Assembly (NCBI RefSeq): GCF_009914755.1
Contig: NC_060933.1
Length of the DNA: 64,000 nt
Reading direction: 5' to 3' (one strand)
From: the human T2T-CHM13v2.0 reference genome, Homo sapiens
Under the pieces are notes generated by a model, which was not told the DNA's origin, did no database searches, and worked only from the letters and a program-made list of their open reading frames with translations. Made by a program: the position numbers and the translations under genes. Below, one piece after another: positions 18,753 through 32,646 of the stretch (positions are counted from its first letter, which is position 1; every line of letters begins with the position of its first letter).

Positions 18753-19174
18753 GAAATATCCAGGAAAAATCGGATGCACCTCCTCCTCTTGGGGTCCCTC
18801 TTTTCACAATAGTCTGAGTTGAGTCCTACCCAGCTATATGACTCCTCCAGGTTGGGAAAGAGTCAATTCCCTAGGCAGGTCCTGAGTCAGAAGACTGCAT
18901 ATCCCCAAAGTGGACAAGCCTCAGCAAGGCCCTGCCAACTCCCTCTGAAAAAGGGGATCAGCACAGAATTGGTCCCTGAGGAATCTAGGCCAATGTGGGA
19001 CTGGCAGTAACATCCTTAAGGAAAGATCCAAGCACACAGTAGAATCTCTCATTCTCCAGCTTTTTCTGGGGTTCTAAAGGATAGAACTTGTGTGCAATTG
19101 TATTAACCAATCACCATTCACCTGGGCAGTGACTCACCTAGAACATGAGTCACGTTTCACCCATTTCACTAGAC

Positions 19175-19360
19175 CAGTGGTTCTCACACTTTAGAGTGCC
19201 TCAGAGTCACCTACAGGGCTTGTTAAACCACAGATTGCAGGGGTACCTAAGCCCAGAATTTCTGATTTGGTAGGTCTGGAGTAGGTCCTGATAATCTGCT
19301 TTTCTAACAGGTTGTCGGGTGATGCTGATTGTGCTAGTCCTAGGAACATCTTAATAACTA
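19175..19360. mobile_element. MER5A (hAT-Charlie)
   Basis: CAGTGGTTCTCA terminus; GTAGGTCTGG...TTTCTAACA...GGTGATGCTGAT. Confidence 0.75.
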
Positions 19361-21093
19361 CGTCGCCTTATTAAGCCTTGGATAAAGAAGACCACTTCAT
19401 GGTATGTGAAGTTCCTCTACCCTTTCCCCAGCCCCAGGCTCATATTCAGACAGGATTATTTTATGAATCCAGGTTACACCTTCACAGCCCAATAGAACTC
19501 AGTCAAGAATTCAACAGAGCAGGATTAGGAGAACATAGGGAGAGGGCTCCATCCTACAGGGCTGACCTCCTTCTCAGAGTGGGGTTCTTCTCTTTCCTTT
19601 GGGGAGCCAGAGTGCCAAGAAGGTCTTGTGCAGCCACAGAACAGCATTTCCCACTTGCAGGGTCCAATGGCCACGCATCACTAATCCTCCCCACAAATCC
19701 TTCCTCCAGCACCCCTTTCCAACAGCTTTCTCCCCATTTGCCAGGGGCTGTTCTGGCTCCCTACTCATCTTGCGAGCACACTGGCGGGCCAGGAAGGGAG
19801 GTGTAAAGGAGGAAGTCTAAGCTGGTGGGTTATTAACAGTTTGGCTTGGATGGGAAAGGGAATCTGAGCAGGGAGACAAAGTTATTACTGGAGACAGTCT
19901 GTTTATAGGCCTAAAGGGTCAAGAATTCCTGCTAAAAAGAAAATCCTCCAAAGACCACCCAAACCAATGAAGTATCAATACATCGGTCAGACTCAGAACT
20001 CAAAGATGGTATTAACAGAGTGGCATTTAAATGCCCCTTTTGTGAGTCCCTTTGAAATCCTAGGCTAGGCCTAAGCCGTCTCCCTCCGTGATGAAATAGG
20101 GACAAGAATGTCAAGCTGATACCTGAGTTGCTCCTGATCGAGTAGGATTCAACTGTTCAGGACTGCATAAAAGGCCCAGCCGTGCATTTCAACTGGACAA
20201 GGCTACAACCAAAATGACAGTCATAATATTCTTGGCTTATTAAAGATATTTTATCATGTCATCCGAGACTCTAAGTTTGCTCTGCTGGCAAGTGGCTTGA
20301 AGACCAAAGTAAAAACGAATCTCTGTTATCTGGATTTTTATAACCAGTCTGGCAAGCCAGGAAACTCTTCCTTCAGGTGATATCTTGAAGTATGAAAAAC
20401 CAAAAAAGGATACCAGAGGCTACAGAAGGAACTGTGGGGCAGTCAGCAAATCCACAGATTAAAACAGACAGTCACATGCCAAGGGGATAGATTAATATTA
20501 CTACTATTAACAGTGGCGTTAGAAATTTGGGGGAGCTCATTTAATCACACTCCCACCCGACGCTGGTATTGAGAACAGACACAGGCAAGAAACCAGATGA
20601 GGATCAAAATAGTATCAGCTTTAATACTAGTAAAGCTGGATTTAAGACTGAAGCTCACTCCTGTGGTCCAGGCAGGGACTTCCTGCTTCCTCCTTCCAGG
20701 TCTGGTCATGGGGGTCTGACATGGGAACAGTTGGGTCTGCAGAGTAGACACTTACTCAACTTATGTGTGGAGGATCAAAGAACACCCAACACCCACAGAT
20801 GGCAGAACAGAATCAGAGAGAGAAAGTAGCCTCTAGGCTGCCTCCAGACCAATGGTGTCAGATGCAGTTTCAGGTTGAAATCATTTGTTTACAAAAAAGG
20901 AAAAGTGAAGCAAAAAAAAAAAAATGTGGATGGCTGTGGGAGATTAGGCCTCAGAGATGGGGCCAAGAATAGCAGAAACATATACTTGGTGAGTATCCCT
21001 GACCAGGTAAGTTGTTCCTGACAGGAAAGTGAAGAGGGGACGAAGCGGGAAGGAAGTTTCCTCCCCAGGACTGCTGCTAGCAAAATGCCTCTT

Positions 21094-21387
<294 letters not shown>

Positions 21388-21459
21388 CAAAATGCCTCTT
21401 CTGTGGGCCAAGGCAGAAGTGTGGGAAGATTAAGAGGATGCCAACCCTCCAAACAACAG

Positions 21460-21690
21460 TGACAATAACTGCTATGTTCACTTAACTCCTACTGTTTGCC
21501 AGGAGTTGTTCTTTCATACATTTAAATTTTGGAACAATCCTGTGTGGAAGGTATAACTATCCCCATTTTACAGATGAGGAAATGGAGGCTGACAAAGGTT
21601 ACATCACTTGCCAAAGTGAGGGTGTAACTGAGTCACAGAGCTGCTGTGACTAGCTGCAGAGTCTATGCTTGTCCCATCACATTCAGCTAC
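21460..21690 (-). mobile_element. MIR SINE
   Basis: CCCATTTTACAGATGAGGAAATGGAGGCT core. Confidence 0.7.
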
Positions 21691-23562
21691 ATACTCTCCT
21701 CCAGAACAGAGAGGGAAATGCAGTCACCAGAGAGTTGGAACTATGTGTATGCACAGCAGGGTGACTATCTAGGTTTTATTTGGGTGAGCACTTCAGACAC
21801 TGCAATTCTTCTCTTAAACACCCATGCATATACTTCTAACTACTCTTCTTTCCATTAAATGAGGCATGCAAAGCTCTGTCTTTGTAGTTCACCTGGATAA
21901 TGGTAATGATGGCCTGTGTAGAATAAGTCTGTGATGTCAAACAATGGGCTGAGCCTTCCCCAGTGTCAGGAACTTACCCAACCAGAAGTCATTAAGCTCG
22001 GTGGTTTCCCTCTTGCCTCCACAAGCACTCATTAGGGGCTGCGAAAGAAATGCCTTTTTATGTACATTCTCCCTGAAGTTTCCTACTGTGTGAGATTGGC
22101 ATTTGGGTGCAGATTTCATCATCTGGGCTCCCTGCCAACTGCAGTGGAATAGTTCAAACTTCCAGCCTGTGAAGTCTGCTGGTCAGGGACCTTTACGCTC
22201 TGTTTTGCTGAAGGGTATGACATTTGCAAGTCAGCAGAAGGAAGGTTTCTGTACTTCTCGAATATCTTGGTAGAAATAAAATCTTTATGAGGGAGACCCT
22301 GTGTGGGATGATTTGAGCCAACCACTTGGCTTTCTTACAGAATAGACAGGTATAATTTCCATGTCCCAAACCAGGTCATCCTAGTGTAATTTGTCCATTT
22401 GACAAATAGAAGGCAAAGAAAGAGCAAGAAGCAATGCTGAATGCTTCGGTTTCAAAGTTCAGGGCAAAGAGCTACAACTGGAATGTTCACATTTTTTCAG
22501 TACTCATCCCACGATCTGAAATTCCTAATAATGCTGGGTTGATGGGATGCAAACTGGGAGGGCAGGCACTGGGTGTGATTTAAGCATGAGTCAAAGACCA
22601 TGGAGGCTTCAGTCAAATCTCATTTTCTTTTGTCAGGAATCCTTCATAATGCCCCAGTCTCTGATGTCATTTTAGTGGAATTCAATTTTAAGCAGTGCAG
22701 AACTATAGAATTGGTTACATTAGGCGTCAGATACAAGTCCAGTCACTAAACAGTCCAGCCTGTTGGGGAAGCCTAGTGGTAACCAGGACAATCAGCAGGA
22801 GGCAGGTTAGGAACTCCTGCCTCATGGTTTACAGTTGAGCATACAGTGATTAAGCAGCAAGCTCTTAAGTTAGCCAGGCTTCCCACTTTCTGGGGGATGT
22901 TTAATTATATCACACAGTGAACGGGAAATGCAAGACTAGTTTTCTCTTCATATTCTAACAAAAAGTGGCTCTTTCCCTCTAGAGGTTTGAAATGCCTCCT
23001 CCATTGACATGATGAAAGGGAAGGGCATTGATGCCACAAAGAGAAGGCAGTTGTCCAAGAAAATACACAGAGCCCTTGGGCCGGAAGGACAGAAAGCAGA
23101 GGCCACTTCTGGCCATCCCCATTAGTGGAGGCGTAGAGGTGTCTGCTGCGTCGTACTAAGAATACCGGTATGGGGTGGACAGTGGGAGGTGCGAATTTAT
23201 GAAGTATCTGAAGATGATACTCTCACAGGATTGTAGATAAGGAATTAAGAATTGAGGAATAAGGACACTGAAGAAAGATTCAAACATCCAGCATACAATG
23301 GTACAGGGCAAGTTCTTTCAGGACAAGAGTCCCCAAACATAAAAGAAGGAAAATAATCTAGACCTTGGTTACTGGGTTGTCACTAGTGTCCTAATGAGAA
23401 GTGACTGAAAATTGCCCCCACAATATGATGTTTTGTGAAGTTCTAATTAAAGACCCAGAGCTTGGTCATTCTGTATAAACCTGTTCATATCTTCATAAAA
23501 TCCCAAATCCCCTTCAGGTACCATCAGATGGAGGCCCCTGACCTGAGGAAACCCTACTTCAC

Positions 23563-24218
23563 CATCGGCAGAACCAGCCCCCAATATTTCAATGTAGGTT
23601 CTTTTCTATTTTCCCTAAGTGTTGGCCTGTCTGAGAAACAAAGAGAAAGAGTACGAAAGAGAAAAATTTTACAGCTGGGCCTCCGGGGGTGACATCACAT
23701 GCCAGCAGGTTCCCTGATGCCCCCAAGCTGCAAAACCAGCAAGTTTTTATTAGGGATTTCAAAAGGGGAGGAGTGTACGAATAGGGAGTGGGTCACAGGG
23801 ATGACACAGTTCAAATGGCAATAAAATATCACAAGGGCAGAAGGGCAGAGCAAGGTCACAAGGCCAGGGCAAAATTAGAATTACTAATGAGGTTCCATGT
23901 CCCCCTGTGCACACATTGTCATTGATAAACATCTTAACAGGAAACAGGGTTCAAGAGCAGACAACCGGTCTGACTAGAATTTGCCAGGCTGGAATTTCCT
24001 AATCCTAGCAAGCCTGAGGGCGCTGCAGGAAACCAGGGCGTATTTCATCCCTTATCTTCACAATTTATGTTCAGAGACTGCAGTAAAGACAGGCATAAGA
24101 AATTATAAAAGTATTAATTTGGGGAACAAATAAATGTCCATGAAATCTTCACAATTTATGTTCTTCTGCCATGGCTTCAGCCAGTCCCTCCATTCGGGGT
24201 CCCTGACTTCCCACAACA
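23563..24218 (-). mobile_element. MER11 solo LTR (HERV-K11/HML-8), internally deleted
   Basis: Minus strand starts TGTTGTGGGAAGTCAGGGACCCCGAATGGAGGGAC; perfect 6-bp TSD CTTCAC (23557-23562 / 24219-24224). Confidence 0.9.
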
Positions 24219-24719
24219 CTTCACTATTACAGTTAGGTGGCTGGGGCTCAGCCAGAATGGTGAAGCCAAGCAGGCAATCCTTCTCTGATAGGATGTTTCC
24301 TAACAAGGCTTATTTCTGCTTCCACGTGATACACATTAAAATGTTTAGTTAAATTTGAAGGCCTAAACATCACAGGCTAGGATCAGGAGATGGCTGGGCC
24401 ATGACTACATATTATATACCTGGAGTTTAGGACAAAATTCAGCAGACATCCAACGTGGATGCAGATGTATTTGCTGTTAAACTCCAACATAATAATTTGA
24501 GAGTCTTAAAGAGAGTTCTTAAAACCACCAAAGGTGATTAGACCCAAACCTTATAACCAACTTGAAACACAAAAGCTGAAATATTGGGAATACTGAAATA
24601 TCAGAAATGAAGAAACTAGCAAGTTCTAGTTATTCTTAGAGTTTGTTTAGATACATTCAACCAGAAACTCTTGTGTTTGTCTAAATTGGCCAATTCAGTC
24701 ATGGTCATTAAAATTTATC

Positions 24720-25418
24720 ATTCAAAAATTGAAAACAGAATTACCACATGATCTAGCAATCCCACTTCAGGGTACATAGCCAAAGGAACTGAAATCAGTA
24801 TGTCAAAAAGCTATCTGCACTCTCATGTTCACTGCAGCATTATTCACAGTGGCTAAGATATAGAAGCAGCATACATGTCAATCAACAGATGAATGGATAA
24901 AGAAATGTGGTATATATACACAATGGAGTACTATTCAGCCTTTAACAAGAAGGAGATGCTGTCATTTACAGTAACATGAATAAAGCTGGAGGACATTATA
25001 TCAAGTGAAATAAGCCAGTTACAGAAAGACAGATACTGCATGATCTTACTTGTATGTGGAATCTTAAAAGAGTCAAACCTATAGAGTAGAGAGCACAATG
25101 GTGGTGACCATTCTACTGTCATTCCAGAGGATAGAATTAAGGGGGATGAGAATGGGGAGATGTTATTCAAAGGGTAGTTTCAGTAAGTTAGGAGGAATAA
25201 GTTTCAGAGAATAAGTTTCACCATGCTATTACACAGCATGGTGACTATAGTTAATAATAATGTATTATACATGTCAAGTTTTCTAAGAGTAGGTTATTAA
25301 TATTCTTGCCATGAAAAAATAAGTATGCGAGGTGATGAGTATGTTAATTAGCTAATCATTCCATGATATAAACATATATTAAAACATTGTACCTCCTAAA
25401 TATGTACAGTTATTTGTC
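24720..25418 (+). mobile_element. L1MA/MB-type 3' end
   Basis: L1 ORF2 end and 3'UTR text (GCAATCCCACTT...GATGAATGGATAAAGAAATGTGG). Confidence 0.8.
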
Positions 25419-25707
<289 letters not shown>

Positions 25708-26164
25708 TTAAAGATTTACAGTTCAGACCAAAATATTGATTTTCACTTGTAAAGTTTTCTTAGTACTCTTTTTCTCTTATTTTTAAAGTTTATTTTTGAC
25801 CAGATAATGAATGAATATGGTTCAAAATTCAGAAAGTGAAAAAGGATGTATAAAAGTAAGTGAAATTTTTTCCTCCCACTCCCAACTCCCAGCCACCCAC
25901 TTTTCCTCTCCTTAGGCAAAGTGTTATTAATTTTTGTGTGTATCTTCCAGAGATATTTGAGACATAAAAGCAATGTGGGTTGGGAAAAAGAACGTATACC
26001 TTTCCCCCATTTTTGTACCAATGATACCAGATGTCAAGGAAACGTATTTGAAGGAGAGCCCTCAACATTTCGAAAAGTTTGGCTGACAGGTTGGTAACAC
26101 TTATTTATAGCAATCATAAGAACTTATTTAGCAGTTGTTTTTTATGTCTTCTTATAGCTGTGAT

Positions 26165-26280
26165 TATATTGTTTGGGGTCAGAGACCCCTTTTGAATATA
26201 TTATGAAAATAATGGATCCTCTCCATAGAAAGAGAAGCACATATGTACTTACATACAAAAAATTGCATAGAATGTCAGAA
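26165..26280. mobile_element. MER117-like hAT fragment
   Basis: GGGGTCAGAGACCCCTTTGAA...ATGGATCCTCTCC resembles remembered consensus. Confidence 0.4.
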
Positions 26281-27309
26281 AGTTTCATTATCCACACAAA
26301 GCACTACCACCAACAACAAAGACAGCAAAGGAATCAAGGTTCAGAGAAACTAATTTGCCAAGATTCATAGAGTTACTGAACGGTGGAGCTGGAATTCAAA
26401 TCAGTCTGCTCGATTCCAAGGCTCATGCTCTATCTCCACCCTTCTCTTCCCTTCCTCTCTTCTATGTATTGTTGCTACTGAGCCCTTCACTGATACAAGG
26501 GCAGGGTAGATGGTGTCAGTTCGGCAGCTCCTGTAGTCTTCAATTCCCAGCTATCTTGGTGAAGTCTAACCTAGAGCTATGACTCCTTGTATGGTCTTGA
26601 GAACCTACTTCTCGAGATACAGCCTCTTACATAAAAAGTGATACAGGATTGAGAGCAAAGGACATTGAAAAATAAGACAGAGACACAGGGCCATTTGTGC
26701 AGTTGCTGATATCTTTACTCCCAACTTCCTACATGTAGGAATTTTATGTTAAAAGTGACAGTGTCTTCCTGAAAAGACAACTGGTATCCTAAGTCTGATA
26801 GAAAATACAAGGGATAAATCAAAGATAAGATTCATAACTATGCTAGTATGAATGACTTTCTTTTCAAGAAACAATATAAAAATGATAAGTGGGGAAAAGG
26901 CATAACACGAATCAAAAGTCAAACTGTCTCTGCCCACTCTATCATCCAACTGCCTGTTTTAGAAACTTACAGGTTTCTTTTTCCTATAGAGGAATTCTGC
27001 CACACACTCCACAAATATAGGGCCTTGGACATCAAATTTGTTCTCTCCTTATAGATTTAGTCATAGTTTTATTTGTCACCTGAGCAGCCATAACCTGCTG
27101 AATCTCAATAGAAGGACAGAAAATGAGTCACAGCAAGCGAAAGGGTGCTATGAGAAGGGATATGTGGAGCAGCAGGGCAGGACCCTCTAGACAGCAGTGG
27201 TGGATTTACCCTTCTGTACATCTTTCCGGAATATGGCACAGAGAAACAGAAACAGAGATGCTGGTGCCAATGGGAAATTTTCCTGGCAATTGCATTTGTT
27301 AAAATCTTG

Positions 27310-27512
27310 GGTTCTGAAGTCAGAAAGATCTCTTTGAACCTTGGCTATGCCATTTTGAGTAAATTACTTACCTTCTCCGAACCTCTACTTAGAACTTCAT
27401 CCATAAAACAGGGAAGATGACAACATATCTCATTGAGTTTCTGTGGGAATTAAGTAAGAATGGATTGACACAGTGTCTGACACATTGTAAATGCTCAATA
27501 AAAGGAAGCTAT
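27310..27512 (+). mobile_element. MIR SINE
   Basis: TCTGAAGTCAGA...TTACTTACCTTCTCCGAACCTC...GTAAATGCTCAATAAA. Confidence 0.65.
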
Positions 27513-27719
27513 TAGTATGACTGGTCTGTAATTGTGGACATTTTTACCAATGGCTCATGGATGCTGTTCTGCTCATAATAAAAGCATTTTCCAGTGACAT
27601 CCCAGGATGAGAAACATATTCTAAATTGGGATTTTTCTTAAGGCTTAAACTAACCAAGTCTTCTAGTTTGCCCAAAGATGTTGTTTTGTTTTGTTTTCCT
27701 TTCAAACCATGAATGAAAG

Positions 27720-30250
27720 TTTAATTTTATCAATTGTTTTTATAATGCCTATAGAGACAATCTGTTAATGTGTTGAATTACATTCATATTCAAATAATAA
27801 ATAAACTTTGCATTCCTGGATTGAACCCAACTTTGATGTTACATTTATTTTATTTTAATTTTATTTTTCCATAGGTTATTTGGATACAGGTGGTATTTGG
27901 GTACATGACTAAGTTCTTTAGTGGTGATTTGTGAGATCCTGGTGCACCCATCACTCGAGCAGTATACACTGCACCATATTTGTAGTCTTTTATCCCTCAC
28001 CCCCTCCCACTCATCCCCAAAGTTCATTGTATCATTCTTATGCCTTTACGTCCTCATAGCTTAGCCCCCACCTAACAGTGAGAACATATGATGTTTGGTT
28101 TTCCATTCCTGAGTTACTTAACTTAGAATAATAGTCTCCAATCTCATCCAGGTTGCTGCAAATGCCGTTAATTCATGCCTTTTATAGCTGAGTAGTATTC
28201 CATCGTGTATATACATATACACACAGTTTCTGTATCCACTCATTGATTGATGGGCATTTGGGTTGGTTCCAGGATTTTGCAACCGCGAATTGTGTTTCTA
28301 TAAACATTGCATGAATTTTAAATCAATGTCTGGATTCAGTTTTCTAATTTTTGTTTAGCATTTTTGCATTTATGTTCATGAGGAATACTGACCTGTACTC
28401 TTCTTTTCATGAATATTCTTGTTAGGTTATGGCATCAAGATTATCCTAGCCTTATAAAATGAGCTAGGATTATTTCTTTAATTCTATGAAAGAATTTATA
28501 TAAGATTGTTTTTCTTTCTTTCCTGAATGTTTGGAAGGGTCCACTGGGGAAGTCATATGACCTGGGGTTTTCTATATGGAATGACTGCAATTTTCAGATT
28601 TAATTTTTTAAATAGCTATAGGGCTATCTAGAATTTGTTTCTTTTTGTGTCCATTTTGATAAGAATGTGTTTTTCAAGAAATTGTTCATTCATTTGAACT
28701 TTTGTTAAGAGACATAAATTCTTTAATAATACCAACTTTTTTTAAAACTTTAGTAGGATCTTCAGTGATATCCTGTTTTTCATGCCCGATGATGGTAATT
28801 TGCATGCTTACTCTGTCTCTCTCTCTCCACCCCCCAGCCCGCTCCCCCATCTCCCTCTCCCTCTCTTTTGCTGCTTAATCTTGCTAGGGGTTATTGATTT
28901 TATTAGATTTTTCAAAGAACTGACATTTAGATGTGCTGACTTCTGTTCTATGACTTTTCCATTTTTACTCTTATCTTTATTATTTCATTTATTCAACCTT
29001 CTTAATTTGTTGTTCCTTTTTAACTCTTTGAGATAAAAGTTTAGATAATGTGCTCTAAGTCCTTTTTTAATACATACATTTAAGGACAAAAATTTTCCTC
29101 TATGCACTGTTTTAGCATCATTCATATATTTTGTATGTCATATTTTCATTATCATTCAATTTATAATATTTTCAAGTTTCTATTGAAACTTCGACTCATG
29201 GAATATTTGGATGTATATTACTTGATTTCTAAATATTTGGAGATTTTCTAGTTATTTTTGTTATTGATTTGTAAAAATAAAAGATTCTTTGAGACTTACT
29301 TGAAAAACATATGTGTTCCGAAGTTGCTGGATACACTGTTCTATTATGTAAATTAGATTAATTTATCGATTAAGTTTTCTAAATTTTCTGTATCTCTACT
29401 GATGTTTGATTCTTCCATATGTTACTGGGAAAAGTTGTTAAAATCTTCCACTATATTTGTAAGATTGTTCACTTCCCTATTTAGGACTGTTAGATTTTGT
29501 TTCACATATTTTGAAGCTATGTTATTAGGTTCATACAAACTTGAACTATTGTATCTTTCTGGTAAATTAACCCTTTAAAATGTCGTCTTTAATACGTCTT
29601 GCCTTAAAATCTATTTTGTCCAAGTCCTTACATTCAAGGTATGTCTCTTAGTAAGAAGCATACAATTGTGGGTTTTTTTTCTATTTCTTTTTGCTTTTTA
29701 ATTGATGTATGTCAATTTACATTTAATGTAATTACTCACATTTGAATTTGTATCTATCATGTTACTATTTTCTAGTTCTTCCTCCTCTGTGTTCCTTTTT
29801 CTCTCTTCCTACTTTCTTTTGAATTACTCAAATATTTATTCTGTATTTCTCCTCTATTAGAACTTTTACTATGATGTTCCTACATGTGGTTGTCTTTGTA
29901 TTTATACTACTGTGTTTTATGTCTTGAATCTATGGTTTGATGCCTTCTACCCATTTTGTACATTTTTCATCCTTTAATGCTTGAAATATTACTTCTAAAT
30001 CATTCTCTGTTTTCTCCTTTAGGTATTTCAGTTACATGTGTGTTAGGTCTTGTCACCTAGTTCCATGTCTCCTATGCTTTTTTCTGTATTTTCTATATTT
30101 TTTTCCTAACACTGTATGCTTCAGTCTGGATATTTTATATTCATCTATCTTCCAGATGAATAACCATTTCTTCAGATAGCTGTTACATATTCTTAATCTA
30201 TTGTGTTTTTAATTTCAGGCCATTTGGGGAGTGTTTAAGAGGGGCATTTT
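27720..30250 (-). mobile_element. Ancient L1M (ME/MC-type) ORF2 fragments
   Basis: Long T-rich degenerate antisense L1 text. Confidence 0.6.
27845..28307 (-). mobile_element. L1PB-type 3' end nested in the L1M
   Basis: GTGGTGATTTGTGAGATCCTGGTGCACCCATCAC L1PB 3'UTR text after a T-rich tail. Confidence 0.8.
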
Positions 30251-30622
30251 TCCAGTTCTAGAATTTCTTGGAGTTTTTTTCAGGGCCTTTTCTCCTTGGA
30301 AAACCCTAAAATCCAATTCTTATCTCCCCACCATTGTGAGAAAGCTCTGTTTGGCAACTTTGCCCCTTAACTGCCTCTTTTTTAAGTCAGTGAATACCTC
30401 CAGGAGATAAGTGGTTTAGACTGTCTCATTTTTCTGCAGGCTTTTGGCCTCTCAGGTTTTTGCTGTGTCTATAGCTCTAAACTCCGATTTTTATCTCCCC
30501 TGCCATAAGAAACCGATAAAAGCTCTGCTCAAATTCTTTGCCTCCTAGAAGTCACTTTCTACTTGGTTTCTCAAGTTCTTTGTCCTTGCTACTTAAGAAT
30601 CAAAGAGAAATACTTTGAAGGA

Positions 30623-30907
<285 letters not shown>

Positions 30908-31051
30908 GAAAAGAAAGAAAGAAAGAGAGAGAGAGAGAAAGAAAGAAAGAGAGAAAGAGAAAAGAGAAGAGAAGAGAAAAGAAAAGAAAAGAAAAAAGAA
31001 AAGAAAAGAAAAGAAAAGAAAGAAAGAAAAGACAAGACAAGGAAGAGAAAA
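30908..31051. repeat. Polypurine (GAAA/GA/GAAAA)n tract derived from the Alu tail
   Basis: Direct reading. Confidence 0.9.
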
Positions 31052-31327
31052 GCAGTTTCAAATATCAGGCTCACCTCAATGAGTGTTCCTTTATCTCCAG
31101 AATTTTCTCCAGTCCTGGCTATCTTCATACCTCTCCAAAGCCCCTTTCCCACCTACCTCCACCTCCCCTGCTACAGGATGACTGACTGTTCTTCCTGAAG
31201 CCCTGCCACACTCAGACCACCTGATCAGAACCTCGGTGGACACCATCCATCAACAGTGGATATAAAGGAAGCTATGGCAGTAGCACTGGGATAGTGCCTG
31301 GCACATAATAGGTACTCAAGGACATAG

Positions 31328-31354
31328 GAATGAATGAATGAATGAATGAATGAA
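31328..31354. repeat. (GAAT)n at the 3' end of an L2 fragment
   Basis: Follows GTGCCTGGCACATAATAGGTACTCAA (L2/MIR-type terminus). Confidence 0.7.
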
Positions 31355-32025
31355 CTAACCAACAAACAAATGAATGTGAGAAGAGGCTAAGAAGAAAGTG
31401 AATCTCAGGAGCTGGCTCTTTGGCTCCTATTCTGCCTCCTACCCCCAAACTCCTCTCTGCTAAAAACTCTTGAGGCCTCCAAGAGTTATATTCCTAAGAT
31501 CTGGTTTCCTTACAAAGGTCATGGCCTCCTTGCCTCCTGGGTCTGGGGGAATTTCAGAACCCTAATTTCTAGGACAAACTCTCCAACTACTTCTGGGATG
31601 AGTTCCTGACTTGGCTTTGGTCCTGTCCAGGGCTTACTCTGCCTTCTCAATAGCAATTCCAGGCCAAGAATTCTGAAGGCATTTCTTAAAACAGAAGATG
31701 TTTCCTTGAGTTACACTCAGTTCTCTAGAAGTTTCACTATAGGGATTTCCCTACGTAGACCTGGAGACAGACATTCAACATACATTAGGGGTCTGGGATA
31801 AGAGAAGTTTAATAAATAATATTTGTTAATAAATCCCTCTGGATCTACTCAGAGAAAATCATGTGGTGGTGGCACACTAGAGATTTTAAGATGAATAAGA
31901 TGTGAAGTTTACTTTCAAGAAATTACAGCTTTTAAACCGCATCAGAATTAGTGAGCATTCTTAGCTGCAAGTGACAAATGGATTTTGTTTTACTTCTACA
32001 ACTGAATTATAAAAATACATGGCCT

Positions 32026-32646
<621 letters not shown>

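Noticed and set aside
20874-21012. Possible exon ending at CAG|GTAAGT
   Set aside because: One consensus donor is expected by chance in 64 kb; weak acceptor and no supporting neighbouring exons
24054-24163. 19-bp direct repeat ATCTTCACAATTTATGTTC
   Set aside because: Intrinsic MER11 U3 repeat
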